Of a stretch of 64,000 bases of DNA, positions 41,619-57,249 are shown piece after piece. The notes below the pieces were generated by a model. It made no database searches, was not told where the DNA came from, and saw nothing but the letters and a program-made list of their open reading frames with translations. The DNA comes from the human T2T-CHM13v2.0 reference genome, Homo sapiens: assembly GCF_009914755.1 (NCBI RefSeq), contig NC_060932.1; one strand, written 5' to 3'. The position numbers were made by a program, and so were the translations under genes. Position 1 is the first letter of the stretch, and each line of letters begins with the position of its first letter.

Positions 41619-42534
41619 AAAAAGTGAATTTACTTATATTTGTAAATCTAATAACTTACAAGATTAAACTTTTTTTAATATGAAGACGTGTTTAATTCCC
41701 ACATATCCAGTTCCTAGAAAAGCTAATGGAAAGGTAACTTAATTTTGATTAGTGATACTTACCAGCAAAATAAAAACTATAGATTTATTTATCATCTACC
41801 TCTGGAAATTGGAATGTTGCCTTAGGAAAACATGGCCTTTGCTCTGCTCACTATTGTAGCCTTAGTCCCAAGGACAGTCCCTGGCACATGATGAAAACTC
41901 CATAAATATTTGTTGCGTTGAAAAGAATATCTGAAATTCAATACATTTTAGTGAGATAATTAATATAAATTTATGTCATTAATTTAGAACTCTAACATTG
42001 CCTTGTGTGACCAAAATAGCTTTTTCAAAGATAGATATTTGTCAAAAAAAGGAAATACTTGGATGCAGACTTGAGAGATGGCTACTGCAATGAACATATT
42101 TTAAAACTAACTGTTGAAATAAATAAAATTAATACCAATATACATACTAGTGTATAAACTCACTGAAGCCATAAAGGTGTGGCTTTGTGAGCCTGAAGTC
42201 CAGTAAATCAAGAAAAACTTTCAGGAATTAATAATTCAAAAATAAATTCTGAAAAGAAAAGGATGCATAGTAAACTTGAAGGGAGAAAGGTGTTTCTGAC
42301 ATTTGAATTACCAAAATACCATACAGTATTGAATAGGTAAAACAGAGGTGATCTGATTATCATGTGACCAAGTAATAAAAATACATAAACAATTAAAAAA
42401 ATACTGTAGTTGTTGTATCGAATGCAGAACAGCCCATGAGAACTGTGTGGCAGTTACAAAATAAATAAATTAATTAAATAAATAAATACTAGAAGCAATA
42501 GGACTGTACGAAATTAGAATTTACATTAAAGTAG

Positions 42535-42855
<321 letters not shown>

Positions 42856-43461
42856 TAGAATTTAAGAAATCAAAAGTACTTCAAAAATAGTCATTATACT
42901 TCTTCTAACAATTAAATAAAACCAGTTCTTAAATACTTTTTAAGATTTTTTAAATTTTTATAGCTTTCTGTAATTTGTCAAATAATTTCCCATTCAATAT
43001 CTCACATAAATGACATAGAAGCTATAGTTTGTGTCTATGAAAATTCAGCCATTGTGATAAGATCTGGGGATCCACAAATAAGTGGCATTTTTTGCCTTTC
43101 AAGAAGTACGTCTACAGGTAAATAAGTTGGGTTTAAGAAGTAAAATAGATTTTCATTTATTGTACAACCAGACATTCTTGCTCTAAATTCAGTGGTTTTT
43201 GAAAAACTACTTCCCTCTGACATTAGATAGATAGGTAGATATTACTGTACAAGTTACTAAGAAAATGGTAATGGATGAGCATTATTTCTCACAGCAGGGT
43301 GCATAATAGCAAATGAAAATCTAAAGCAATCTCAATAATCAAAACTTGTGAATTTGTTCAAAAAATATGGTGTATTCTCACAAGGGAGTAATATCTTGTG
43401 CAGTAAGAAAGCATTAGGTCTAACTATTAGAAGTAGGGGCTCTGAAGTCAGAAAAACCTGG

Positions 43462-43938
43462 TGTTAAAAGCAGCCTTCAAGACGGCCCACAATGGCCCTT
43501 ATATTCTGATGTTCATGAGATTGTGTAATCTCCTCCATGGTGGGCTGGAAAAATATTCTTGCTTTTCATTAAGAGAATATGGCAGAAGTGTTGGGATGTC
43601 ACTTTCAAGCTTGGTTATTTAAAGACAGTCGCTATTCTCTTGGGTGTGCTCTCACTTCCTCTTGGATTGCTCATTCCAAAGAAGGCCAGCTGCTCTATCC
43701 CTGAGCCTGGGAACAGATCTTCTGTAGCCTGACAACACCGTGTGGATGAGCTTGGAAGCAGATCCTCATGCAGCTTGAGATTATGGCAGTCCTGGCTGAC
43801 AACTTGATTGCAGTCTTTTGAGATATCCTAAGCTAGAGCCACCCACCAAAGCCACTGCTAGATTCTTTAGCCACAGAAACTGAGAGATAATAAGTATTTG
43901 CTCTTTCCAGTCAGCGTTTTATAGGAATTTGTTACACA
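43462..43938 (+). mobile_element. MLT1F-like LTR inserted in a MIR
   Basis: cagccttcaagacggcccacaatg...ccacagaaactgagagataataa; MIR halves on both sides. Confidence 0.78.
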
Positions 43939-45848
43939 ACAACAAAAAACAGATGCACTTGACTTTACATTATCATTCTTTCTCTTCCTGGCTGGATGTC
44001 CTTAGGTATATTACTTAGCAATTCTTTTACTTTCAATTTCTTGATCTGTAAAATATGATTAAGTAGATTAATACATAAAATATGAATAAGTATGCATAAA
44101 ACAAAATTATTGTAAAGTTTCATGACATAAGACATGTAAAGCACTTAAATTAGGGTTTTATTATCTTGTAAACATGCGATTAAATATTTCACCCATTAAG
44201 TTATGCAATAATATTTACTGATATTTACATTGTCCAGAACATAGTAAATGATAAGAGAATTAAAATAATATGTACTTAAGCAGATGGCACAAGATGTTAA
44301 CAATAGTTAAATCTAAGTACGGGGGAGATGTGTGTTCTCTGTACTGTTTTTCTTTTTAATACATTTGTATAAGCTTGAAAGGATTTCAAAATAAGTGGTT
44401 TTTAAGTATGTGCAGTATAATCATTCCTTTAAAACAACACATTTTGTAGAAATAAACGGAAAAGCTATATATAAAAATATTTGTAATGCTTATCTCTGAG
44501 TGTAGTGATTATAAGATACAGGTAATTTAAATTTTTGTTTTTAAAATTGTGTACATTCATTATACACTGAGTATAAATATTAAAATATCACTTTATTCTT
44601 AAGCTAATTTGTAACCTATATTAGCTAATAAGGGAACAAAAATCAAGAAGGAAAAACTAGAAAATCTCATAAATATCTAATAACTGAGTAGACAATATGG
44701 AATTTCAATTAGAATTTTGAATTTGGAAAGAATTCATTCAAAAAGCAAAGGAAGCTCTATTTCAAACATTCTTTTTAAAATGTTTCTTAAAGCATTTTAA
44801 ATTTCATAACTTTTAGTTATGCTTCATTGTTATTATTTCATTTGTAAAAGGAAGTTATATTCAGCAAAAAAGTAGAACAGAAAACTAACTTAATCTCAAC
44901 ATTGCTTCCATATGCAGATAATATGCATGGAATGACAGACTAGAGTCCTTTTTTCTATCAGTATAATGCACTTTTATCTTAGCAAAGACATGAGAACCCA
45001 AAACGCTCTTTGGATGTTAAAGTCAAAGATTAGTTTGGTTGCCTCATTCAGTTTGAACTGAAAACTCTGTCACAACCATGTATATTTATTTTCCCAGTGC
45101 ATTTGCTTGGTCATTTATCATTTTCAATCTGTACCTACAGCTCTCATTTATTCTCTATGTTCAGATCAGGAAAAGCAGTCTCATTTAAGATAAAAGCACC
45201 TATTTTTCCTCTTCACTTTTATTCTAATTCAAAAATGTCCTTGTCTATAAACTCATATGACCGCCAAAACTCAATAGTGAATGTTATATAGACAAGTGAA
45301 AAGACATTTTAATTCACAAATATTACCTAATTTTAGAACATTATTTCCAAAACTATTTAAACATGGTACATTTCTGAAGTATGCTAAAACCCACTGTAAT
45401 AAAAAAACCTAGGTATTTTCTTTGGTGGATTACTTGTGAGGTAATCATAGTTTTTATTGATATATGTCTGTTTATCTCAATGAACCAATTTTCTTATAAT
45501 TTCATTGGAAGAATATTTTACCTTATAATTTAGCAATTCTAGAAGATATTTCCAAGAGGACAAACGCAGAATACATATATGGTATAACTAGTTCGACATA
45601 TTTTTGCTCCTTGTCTTCATCACCACTCCTCAAAAAGCCTAAGATTTAATCATCACTTTGGGATTCCAGTTTCACTGCTCAGTGAACACATGATCCTTTG
45701 TATGTCTTTCTCCTCTCCTTTTTCTGTCTTGAAGGCATAAACCTAGAACAACAGCATAGCATAATAATGAATAGGTTAGAACTTGAAAGCCCATATCCGA
45801 GATTCAAATCTCAAAAAGGTTTCTTAACTTTTTTGTGTCTCACTTTCT

Positions 45849-46357
45849 TGCCAAGACCAGCTTGGTCGTGGAGACCCTAACACAGTGGCACCAGAGGAAT
45901 TAAAGACACACACAGAGAAATACAGCATGTGGAGTGGGAAATCAGTGGTCTTACGGCTTTCAGAGCTGATAGCCTCGAACAGAGATTTTCCCACATATTT
46001 ATTGACAGCAAGCCAGTGATAAGCATTGTTTCTATAGGTTATAGATTAACTAAAAGTATTCCTTACGGGAAACAAAGGGATAGGCCGAAATAAAGGGATG
46101 GGTCTGGCTAGTTATCTGCAGCAGGAGCATGTCCTTAAGGCACAGGTCGCTCATGCTATTGTTTGTGGTTTAGGAACGTCTTTAAGCGGTTTTCCGCCCT
46201 GGGTGGGCCAGATGTTCCTTGCCTTCATTCCGGTAAACCCACAACTTTCAGCGTGGTCATCATGGCCATCACGAACATGTCACAGTGCTGCAGAAATTTT
46301 GTTTATGGCCAGTTTTGGGGCCAGTTTACGGCCAGATTTTGGGGCCTGTTCCCAACA
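45849..46357 (-). mobile_element. MER9 solo LTR (HERV-K9/HML-3), inserted in a MIR
   Basis: tgccaagaccagc...ggggcctgttcccaaca; 6-bp TSD ctttct/ctttat. Confidence 0.92.
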
Positions 46358-48315
46358 CTTTATAACGTGATAATTGGAAGGATAATGGTACAATTTCATA
46401 GAATTGTGAGATGCAAATGACTTAACATTTGTAACCTGTTTAGAACATTGACTGATGTGTATTAGTCCTGAAAGTATAAGCTATAATTTTATTATGTTAT
46501 TAATTATGGAACTGGACCTCTTCTACATGACTTTGATCTTTTATTTCTAAGGGATTTTAATTAATTTCATTATCTATTGCTGCATAACAAAGTGTTAATA
46601 GCAGACTAGCTATTGTATTCTTATGTCATCAAGTTCCCATTTTTATGACTTGCTACTTGTACACACTCATATTTCCCCATCTGTTTAAAAATAAATAAAC
46701 ACCTCCACAATCCCTTTATTCATCAATCAATTTCTTCTCTCTCTCTCTCTTCCCATCACAACTAAACTTTTTGCAGAATGGTTGAAGAATGTCTACCAAC
46801 AATATCCCAGAATACTTAATGCTACAGATAACAATTGTACCCCTAAAAGAGGAGGAGGGGCAGGGCCTGGGGCACTTTGTTGCACTCTGAGCTGAATACT
46901 CGTGATATTTTTATTACTTGGATCTTTTTCCTCTGATCGTTTCATTGAAGTTGCTTTATCTCACCACTAAATCTTAGGTACTTCCCTCTTCTCATTCGTC
47001 TACAAGATGAAATCACAGGAAGATCTTATTCATTCCCTTAGCTTCAGTGCATGGATATGACATGTCTTCCAAATCAAGACCTCCATTTCAGTTCTCTCTT
47101 ATGGGCATCAAGTCTCCACTTGCTATTTAGCACCTCCTGTGTAAAACAGATACTGCAACATAATACATCTACAAATTATTTCAACTCTTCAAGCACCCCA
47201 TCACCAAATCTGATTCCTTATCTGAACAATCTATCTTAATGCTTGGCAACATCATAAATCTTGCTTTATAATTATCATGAAATATTAGATATACCAGAGA
47301 AGCAACAAGAAATAACATAAAATGTGTCTTATACCCAGACTCAGTTTAAATAATAAGTATTGTAAACTGTGCCTTCTGAATACTCCTTCCTGTATCGTAT
47401 TACCCTTCCTAAAGTCAGAAATAATCATTATCCAAAAATTCATACTTATGCTTGTTATGAATGTCTTGGTATTTCAGTCAATGGATATACATTCCTAAGC
47501 TATATAAAATATTATTTGTGCATTAAAAATCATTTAAAGTATTTGTATCACGTCTGTTCTATTAATCACTACTTTGATTCAATACTAATGTTTTAAGATT
47601 TATATCTGGTAGTACTTTTAACTAGTTTACAGTTTTTCAAAGCAATAAAATAAATATCTCATATTTGAGAGAAGCTAATCCATCCTTCTGTTGCTATTTA
47701 GGTGAATTTCAGCTTTTTTTCTTACAAATGCAGCTGCTATGAAAATTTCATACACATTTGCTTCCGCACACTGTGGAAATTTACCTAGGGCATAAATCTA
47801 GGAGTAAAATTGTTGGTCAATAAAATATTCCACTGTCTTTAGGTCTTGCCAAGTTCATCTTAGAATTATGTATATCAACCTTTACTCTTATCAAAAGTGG
47901 AAGAGTTTGTGCGGAGTATTCTCTACCCTTGCCATCATTTGGTATTGCTTGATCTATGTAGTCAAACATGTGCAAAGTATTATCTCCTTAAAGTTTTACT
48001 TTGTACATTTCTCATTGATAATGATCTCAAACATCTTTCATATAAATGACCCTTTGTGTTCCTTTTTTGTTAGTTATCTATTCATATTTTACCTCTGTTT
48101 TTCTAGTGTGTTTCTGCCTTTTTCTTGTACTATAAAAGTTTGTTTGCTTTATTATATTGAGAATTCATGGGCTCCCTTATGTTCTAAATATTATAGAAGT
48201 TCTATTTGATTCTTTTTCAAATCTGCCTCAACTTTTAAAAAAAGTTATATATGTGTCTTATGTTTATAATTTTATATTTTCTTAAAGCATTTTAAACACA
48301 ATTTCTGGCATAAAA

Positions 48316-48500
48316 CAGAGGTTGGAAAACTGTAGCCTGTGAACCAAAGTTGTCCTAGCTTCCACTTTTATAAATAAAGTTTTATTTGAAAACAGCTATG
48401 CCCATTTGCCTGTGTAGTATGTGTGGCTGGCTTTGTATTACAATGGCAGATTTGAGTTTCTATGATGGAGACCTTGTGGATTACAAAGCAAAAATATTTC
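48316..48500 (+). mobile_element. MER58A (hAT-Charlie)
   Basis: cagaggttggaaaactgtagcctgtg...taaataaagttttatt...acagctatgcccatt. Confidence 0.8.
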
Positions 48501-48524
48501 TGTTCCATGATCTATAAGGCAATA

Positions 48525-48834
48525 TATTTTTATATTTATTTACTTATTTATTTTTGAGACAGAGTCTCACTTCGTTGCCTAGGCTGGAGTGCAGTGGCAC
48601 AATCACTGCTCACTGCATCCTTGGCTTCCCAGACTCAAGCAATCCTCTCACCTCAACCTGCTGAGCAACTAGGACTATAGGTGAGCGTCTAATTTTTGTA
48701 TATATTTTTTCTTTTGTAGAGACAGGGTTTCACTGTATTGCTCAGGCTGGTCTCAAATTCCTTGGCTCAAGCAAACTGCCGGCCTCAGCCTCCCAAAGTA
48801 CTGGGATTTTAGGCATGAGCGGCCGGGCCCAGCC
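48525..48834 (-). mobile_element. Alu (AluJ-like)
   Basis: Antisense dimer. Confidence 0.93.
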
Positions 48835-49036
48835 TATATTGCAATATACCTCATTATCTGAATTTATTCAGGGCCTAACGTTCTTATTGGTTGTTTTTGC
48901 TGGCTTTTATTTATGGTGGCTTATTGGTTGCATGTTTAGTAATGTCACATTTCAAATTTCTTAGCTCATGATTGGTGAGGATTTTTGAGGAGAAATTGGG
49001 GAAGTCTGGAAGAAGGGCTTTTTCCTTGAATAATCA

Positions 49037-49430
<394 letters not shown>

Positions 49431-49841
49431 TTATAGCCTACCATTCTGTAATTGGTATTTCTTATATTGTCCCATTTGTAGTCAAGGCTTCTCAATTCAA
49501 AAGCACAGCATGTTGGGGTTTTTTGATTGTTTTTCATCCAGTGATTGATGGTTAAATCTCTACATTCTCGATTATCATATAGACATCTGAAATACTCCCA
49601 GGCTCTCATAGTGTTGCTGTCAACTTGCAGTGCTGATTTTCACCTCCCCTCCTTGTTGCTGCCCATGGAAAGTCAGCCTAATTTCTTGCACACCTAACTC
49701 TGTATTGTTAAAGATGCTTAAATTTTTTTATTGAGAATGTATAAGTCTTTTATATCAGAAAACTTTTCAGGGTATTTTGTTTACCAGACTACCAGAAATT
49801 AAAGTCATGGCTTAACTTTTGAAGCCAGGTATATGGGAATC

Positions 49842-50350
49842 TGTTGAGAGCAAGCTCCCCAAAATCTGGCCATAAACTGGCCCCAATACTGGCCATAAAC
49901 AAAATTTCTGCAGCATTGTGACATGTTCATGATGGCCATAACGTCCAAGCTGGAAGGTTGTGGGTTTATGAGAATGAGGGCAAGGAACACCTGGCCTGCC
50001 CAGGGCAGAAAACCGCTTAAAGGCATTCTTAAGCCACAAACACTAGCATGAGTGATTTATGCCTTAAGGACATGTTCCTGCTGCAGTTAACTAGCCCAAC
50101 CTATTATTTTAATTTGGCCCATCCCTTTGTTTCCCTTAAGGGATACTTTTAGTTAATTTAATATCTATAGAAACAATGCTAATGACTGGTTTGCTGTTAA
50201 TAAATATGTGGGTAAATCTCTGTTCGGGGCTCTCAGCTCTGAAGGCTGTGAGACCCCTGATTTCCCACTTCACACCTCTATATTTCCGTGTGTCTTTAAT
50301 TCCTCTAGTGCCGCTGGGCTAGGGTCTCCCCGACCGAGCTGGTCTTGGCA
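49842..50350 (+). mobile_element. MER9 solo LTR (HERV-K9/HML-3)
   Basis: tgttgagagcaagc...gagctggtcttggca; perfect 6-bp TSD ggaatc at 49836-49841 and 50351-50356. Confidence 0.93.
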
Positions 50351-53300
50351 GGAATCATCCCAGATGCCCTCTCTCTAATCCCTAGGTAATTAATCAATCA
50401 GCAATTGTTATAATATATTCTTCTAAATGTCATCCAAATCTTTTTATTTTCTGCTCCACTTTTACCGTTAAGCTGTTGTGGATTTAGATGATCACCAACC
50501 CTTGTTTGAATTACTGCTTCCTAAGTAATCTCTATTCAGTAGTATCTCTCTCTCTTTATCTCTTTCTCTCTCTCATCCATTCCATTATTGTAGCCAGAGT
50601 GTACTTTTAAGACAGCAAACCCTTTAAGGTTCCCTTTGTTCTTAGTGGACTTTCCACTCTTTATCTCAATACAGGTATCATTTCCAGGCTCTCCATCTCA
50701 ATACACTCTCTGGTCAGTTTTAGCTCTCTTTTTCAGCACAAACCCTTCTCCCTTTTATCTCAAGCTTTTGTATAACTTATTTTCTCTGCTAGAGAATTCT
50801 GAAACACATGTCTTCTAAGTAATCCCTAGTCACTGTTCATATTTGAGCCCAAGTATGGGCTGAAAACTGACCCTGATACGTACTTGACATCCTCATAGTT
50901 GTCTATATGTCCCTCCTACGTCCTTTGTACCCCATGCTTCTCCAACCTGAAAACTCACAACAATGTGTTTTAGTATGTATCATTTAGTTACAGATTACTG
51001 TATATATTCACAAATAAGTGGGAAAAGGTATCGAGCAAAGAATATCATTGTTTAAGAACTTTCCTTGATGCAATGGTAGCCTGTAAGTATGTCAAGCCAT
51101 CCCAGAGGTGGTAAAACATAGATACTCACAGTCAAATTCAAATGCTTGAATCACATGATTATTAAGATTGATTAAAACACACATATCAAGAAGTGAAGGG
51201 GAAAATTATGAACAATTAACACATGTACAATAGGAATACAGAACCATGATACCTGAATCCTGAGGTTTACAATGTTCACATTCATTCTCAATCTCTCTCT
51301 GTGTCTCTCTCTCTGTCTCCTGCAACTGTACTTTCATTACTGGTGAGATTATGAGTATGAGAAGTGAGGTTGCAGCAAGGGGATCTCAGATGAAATGTGC
51401 CTTCAGCTAGTGAAACATTCCTGGTCTATGAGAGGTACAGGAACATGCCTGATAAACAGCCATGGATTTCTTTTGTGTTTGGGAGATAGAGAAGAAATAG
51501 GAGCAGAATGGATGTTACCAACGTGTCCCTAAATAAGATCTCATGAATACTAAGTGTTTCTCTGTATTTAGTGTATTCTGAATATTTAGTACCGATTGTG
51601 CATATAATCTCATATATAGTTGCCTTATTATTAATATCTAGTACTCGTGTGCCTAATGAATTTTAAGTATACTTTGTTTTTTCAGTCTTTTTATATTTAA
51701 CATGCACATGTCTTATTTACTACATTTTTTTTTAATATAACACACCTCGTGATTCGTCTATATCTAACAATCTTTTTGCTTGGCAGCTACTTCTGTATAC
51801 TTAAAAATCTTAAAATATGTTATCTGTATTTTACAAACTACAAAATCACTGACCTATAAATATTGAATATTTTTTAAAGCCAGTGTAAATTACTCAGTTT
51901 CAAACAGGACACTTCAACCCCTTTCCAGGGCCTGACAGAAAAAGTAACCTCCCCATCTGTCATGAATATATCAGTCTTTTATAAGATTTATATCCTCTCC
52001 CAAGACTTCTCCATCCAAATCCTTTTTTTTAAATTTATCTAAGTCTATGTCTTCTGCACCAAAAAAAGAGGCAACTTCTTTTGTTATAAACATGATTATA
52101 AAGTGAAAGCAGATCTATAACCATGTTTGTCTTGGGTTCTATATTTAATTATTATATCAACAATCCCTAGACTCATATGCATATGGTTTTACTTGAAATA
52201 TAACTAATGATTTATACATCTCCATTTGGCAGCTTTTATTTTCTCATTTCACCTATCTTCTTCTTGCCTTCAAGATTTAGTTCAAGTTAACTTACCCTAA
52301 AAACACTGTGAGTTAAAAAACTCTTCTTGGTGTTCTATATCAAGATACACATACCTCTTCTATATAATTTATTACAATGTATAATAGTATTACATTTATT
52401 ATTTTTCCCAAATGTATTCTAAAATCATTGAGAGAAGGATCTATATATTTCATATATCTTCACTGGAACATGTAGTAAATATATAAAACCAATTCAGCAC
52501 TCAAACAAATTTTGTCAAATTTTTGCCAAATAAATTATGAGAGCTTAAAGAATATTTCTTACTTGATAGGTGTTCTGAATTAATAGGGCTAATGAGTTTA
52601 GTGATTCCTAATGAATAATTAATATAAATGAAGCTATTTAAAGATAATTTAGTGGGTTTATAATACTGTTCAACATACACCTAATACACTAGATTGTATT
52701 TTATAGAGACTATTCATCTTTAGGACTGAGAGGAAAAAATAACTGCAGAATAACATAATCCTCATAAGGACTATAGCCATTTTTTAAAATGGTAACAATG
52801 ATGTGTCAGAATTGAGCAACAGCCTGTTACAACACAGAAGAGAAGCAATGTCTAAAGGAATGAGGTCCTGGGTTGCTCTTGTTAGCACAAGTTCTTTTTT
52901 ATAGGTCTACATTGTATTCTCTATGTCCTTGGTCAGATTTCTCACTCATAAAAGCTGCATAATATAGACAGTAAGACTTTATGCAAACTGGACAAAACAC
53001 CCTACAAAATTGGAATAATAATACTGACCACCCACCAACTTCACAGGAATAACCTGAGGAATAATGAGATCATGTTTGCCAGGTTTTATGACATCCCTGG
53101 ATGAAAGCAGCTATAAAAGTACAAAGCCCTGGAAGAAATTCTGCTGTGTTCTGAGTGACAGGTAGTGTCCATGCAAGAAGAATAAAAAGTTTTGTGTGCT
53201 AACTGAACTAAAGGACATTGTAAGAGTCAGATGTTTAAAGAAGAAAGAATACAAAGGAAATGAAGACCGCTGAAGAGGAGGAGGACCTATCCAGAACTCT

Positions 53301-55319
53301 GTAACGGATACTATTTGAATATCCTTTGTATTTCTACTCTCAATTAAATTCTTATTTAAGAACTAAGATGCATTATAATTGCTTTGGATGAGTATATATT
53401 AAAGAGAAAGGATAGTGTCCTCTTTCTCTGAATCATCCTTTACAAGGATTCTGACCAAATTACTATTTCTTGAGAAGAAAAGCTATTTTCTCACAGTATG
53501 AAATAGGATCATAAATAAAATTTCAAAATCTGCATTGTTCATTCCAGTTTCCTTATTCGTTAAGCACATTCTTTCAAGTATATAAACAGGACAACATATC
53601 ATAAAGCAGATCAGAATTTCTCAAACTTTGTCCCATGAAACATTATTAGTTGGATGTATTCTGTGAAAAATATTAACACTCTAAGATGTAAATAAATAAA
53701 TTTAATATAATTGTTCCCATTATTTCCCAAACAAACTTTCTTACAAAATACTTGTTGATATTGAAGATATTCACTTCTAAGAACTGGTTCTTCTAGAACA
53801 TGCATTTGAAAATAATGAAAATTTACTAAATGTATGATAGTGATGCTAGGCATTCAAGGGGCAAAGTTTCAAATAGCATGAAAATTTAGGGGCCCAGCCA
53901 CTACAGCTCAAGAAAGAGAAAACCTAACGTGGTAAAATTAGATAGAGAACAAAGTCATAAGTAGGAAAAAATTCAAAATAATTATATTCTGTTTGTTGGA
54001 GAAGGGTAGGAATGTCCCTTTTTCTAACTAATTAGTTTAATCTGTATTCTAGTAGGTGTGGAAGATTTTAGATAATCTTATTCTTGGCTTTGCATTTGAA
54101 TACAGGAAGAATAACCAAGTGTTTGGCTTAAAATCATGTATAAATAATCATTTCATCCTGAGTACATTAACTTAAAACTTAACATAAAAATAATAAATTT
54201 TATCCTATGTGCACACACAGACACACACCACACAGATACACAGATAAAACATAATATATTACATACACAGTATATATGATAACACATATACAAGCATGAT
54301 ACATAGAAACTTATTTTGTTTTCTAAATATAAACTTAACAGATTTTTTAATATATATGTCAATGATTCAGAAGAAAACTTTCAATAATATAAATATATTA
54401 GAGTGCTTTGACTATGAAGTATTATTTTTCTGTCAAAAATATGACTGATTCAAATATCAGGACTCAAAATTCACCAAAGGAAAAATTGGGAGATATTTTA
54501 TAAAACACTTCTCAAATTCTAAAAACCAAATGAAATTTAATATTACTAAGAAACAGATAATTGGGGATTGGGAATATATTTATTTTCAAATCAGAAGCAC
54601 AATGACTCTTAACTACCACCTAAAATGTTGAGGCTCAGATAATACAAGAAGGTAGATGTCTGAGATAAAAAGTTATTTAATACCTTAACCATCTAATAAC
54701 ACAGCATGGTATAAATTTGACTCTTAGAAGGCTGAGCAAAAGACAGTTCTGGAGCAGTATGGAAAGTGCTCTGTTCTAGCCCTCAACACATTCAATTCAC
54801 ACCCCATCTTCTGAGATTTTTCATCATATACTGGTACTGTCTTTTCTGTCTCATAAAGGTATTGAGAAATTTAAAGAATCAAAAGCCCTGATATTAGGGT
54901 TCAAAGATACAGATTTTAGTCATAGCTCTTAAAACTCAAAGCTTTCTTTTATTTTTTCTGTAATGTAGAGTTGAAACACCTCTTTCAAAAAATTACGAGA
55001 ACTAAAAAGGAAACATGGGGATTGAATATTCTTAACTGTAAAGATCAAATCCAGAAGTGTATTACAGTTCTATCACTAGCCAAATTTTAAACAAAATCTT
55101 ACTTGAAATCTCAAGATTAAAAACAGAAAAAAGCAGAGCTAGCTGTAGCAGACCTATATTCCTGTGACATCCCTCCGGTCTCCAGATGTCTTCACCAGGA
55201 TGTTTCATAAAACACTGAGATTTCCAAGAAAAAATATGGAAACAAACTCTCTATAGCTACTTTTAAAAACAACCTATTATGTTACATTAAGTAACACATA
55301 AAGTCCACATAAAAACTTG

Positions 55320-55470
55320 CTAATATACATTACTGTTCAATTTTATAGCATAGGAAACTGAGACTCAAAAAGGTTAAAAATTTCCCCAAGATTGTATAGC
55401 CAATGTATGGTAGACCTAAGAACCAAATGCAGGTCTAGGCATTTATTACCATATTATTCTGCCTTGCAGC
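55320..55470 (-). mobile_element. MIR
   Basis: ggaaactgagactcaaaaaggttaaa...cccaagatt core. Confidence 0.7.
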
Positions 55471-57249
55471 TATAATCAGTTATACTTGAGTGTGTATAAC
55501 TGATCTAGTATCTACTAGAGTAGCAAGTCATTAAGGACTGGATTTCATAAAAACTCAAATCATTTGATTTATATTGATTTGAATAGGCATAGGAAGCTTA
55601 ATAAACACATTTCCATTCTGTTCTTTTAAATATAGCTTTTGTTTCTATCATTTAGGAATTAAGAATTAAATAATATTCCTATACGTTATCATTTTATTCC
55701 ATCTTATTTCCATTCATCAGCCATCTCAGTGACTCATAGACAGATATGTGACTTCTGAAGTGGGAAGCAATTCTTTAATTCTGTAGAATAAACCCATTAT
55801 TCTACACTGAAACAATGGAGCCATAATTGAGCTAGCCTGATTATTTTAATCTCTTATTCACAACTTAGGGCAAGTACCTGAGGAGGCATGTTTGGAACTG
55901 CAGATTTCATAACACTAAACACACACACTTTTTCAAATCAACACTCCAATTTTCATCCTTGAGACTGATGATGTACATAAGGTTCCTTCATTAATTAGAT
56001 TTGCACATTTCACATTCCTACTTTTGTTTTTATATTTTATCTCTGCTGGCAAATTGTCAGCTCTTACATCATATATTCCTATATTATCAAATACAATCTT
56101 CAGTATTAGTCATCCAAGATTTCGGAATACAGAGTTGACATTGGGTTTCTGGATATTTATGTGGCTTACAATAAAGAAATTTATCTCTTCTACCCTAATT
56201 TATATTCCTGATTATTGCTTCTGTTTATTTTATAATGTCTTGTTCCATTTAGATCTTCCTGGAGCTATGGCTTTGATATGCTGATAGCTCTCAGGAAGCA
56301 TTTGCTTCACATACTGTCCGATATCCTTTGCTTATCTTTTGGGACAGCATGATCTTGGAGCTAGGGTCTAAATCGCTGGTGAAATTTCTCCCCTTTTTGG
56401 TATCATACTTCCAGTACCAAATTATTTATCCACTATGATTATATTTGGCTGCATGTATTAGACAGCCAAATTACATTGACTTAACCATATGCAGCTTTAC
56501 TTTTCTCACATAAACAAAGTCCAGGATGATGCAGCTACTAAAGAATATGATCAAGAAATCCCTCCATCTTTCAGTTTTATTTTCATTAATGTATGTTTTT
56601 TTTATCTAGCTTATGGTGGGAAGGCTTTTCTTTTGGTCTGGTTGTCCTCATGGAGAGAATTGGGTCAACAATCTGATTTCCTGTTGAGATTTTTGTTTGG
56701 GATGAATATATTAAGTTGGATTGTTGTATCATCAACTGGGTTTTCCAGAATCCCCTTGTTTATATGATTCCACATTGCAATCATATTGTTTGGGTTGTGT
56801 ATTATTTGGAAGGTGAAAGCAAAATGTTAGTCATAAAGTTCTGAAGGTGACCATTGGTTAGAAGTGGTGGGAGGCAGGCAAAGTGATGCCATTTTGTTCT
56901 TGTTCTTCCAGCTCAGTGTCTATATTTTATTTCCAACTGCTAACCCAGCCAAGCAACAGCAAACCTAGCCCTACGATGAACATTTAAAGAGGCAAGACCT
57001 AAAAAGCCAACAATGTTTCATAGACTTTGCACAGTCCTATTGCAGCAGCTGCACATCCATAGCTTCCAGATTACCATGTAAGATCAGGCTCATTCTTCCA
57101 TACCAGGGTTGATGAATGACCTGCCTTGGATGACTCAATTCTTCCTTGCAAATATTTATTTCCATATCTTCTCACATAATTGTGTAAGGTTTAATTCTTA
57201 TAATAAATTCCTTTTCTACAATACACCTAGGGATTTGGTTCCCTATTGG

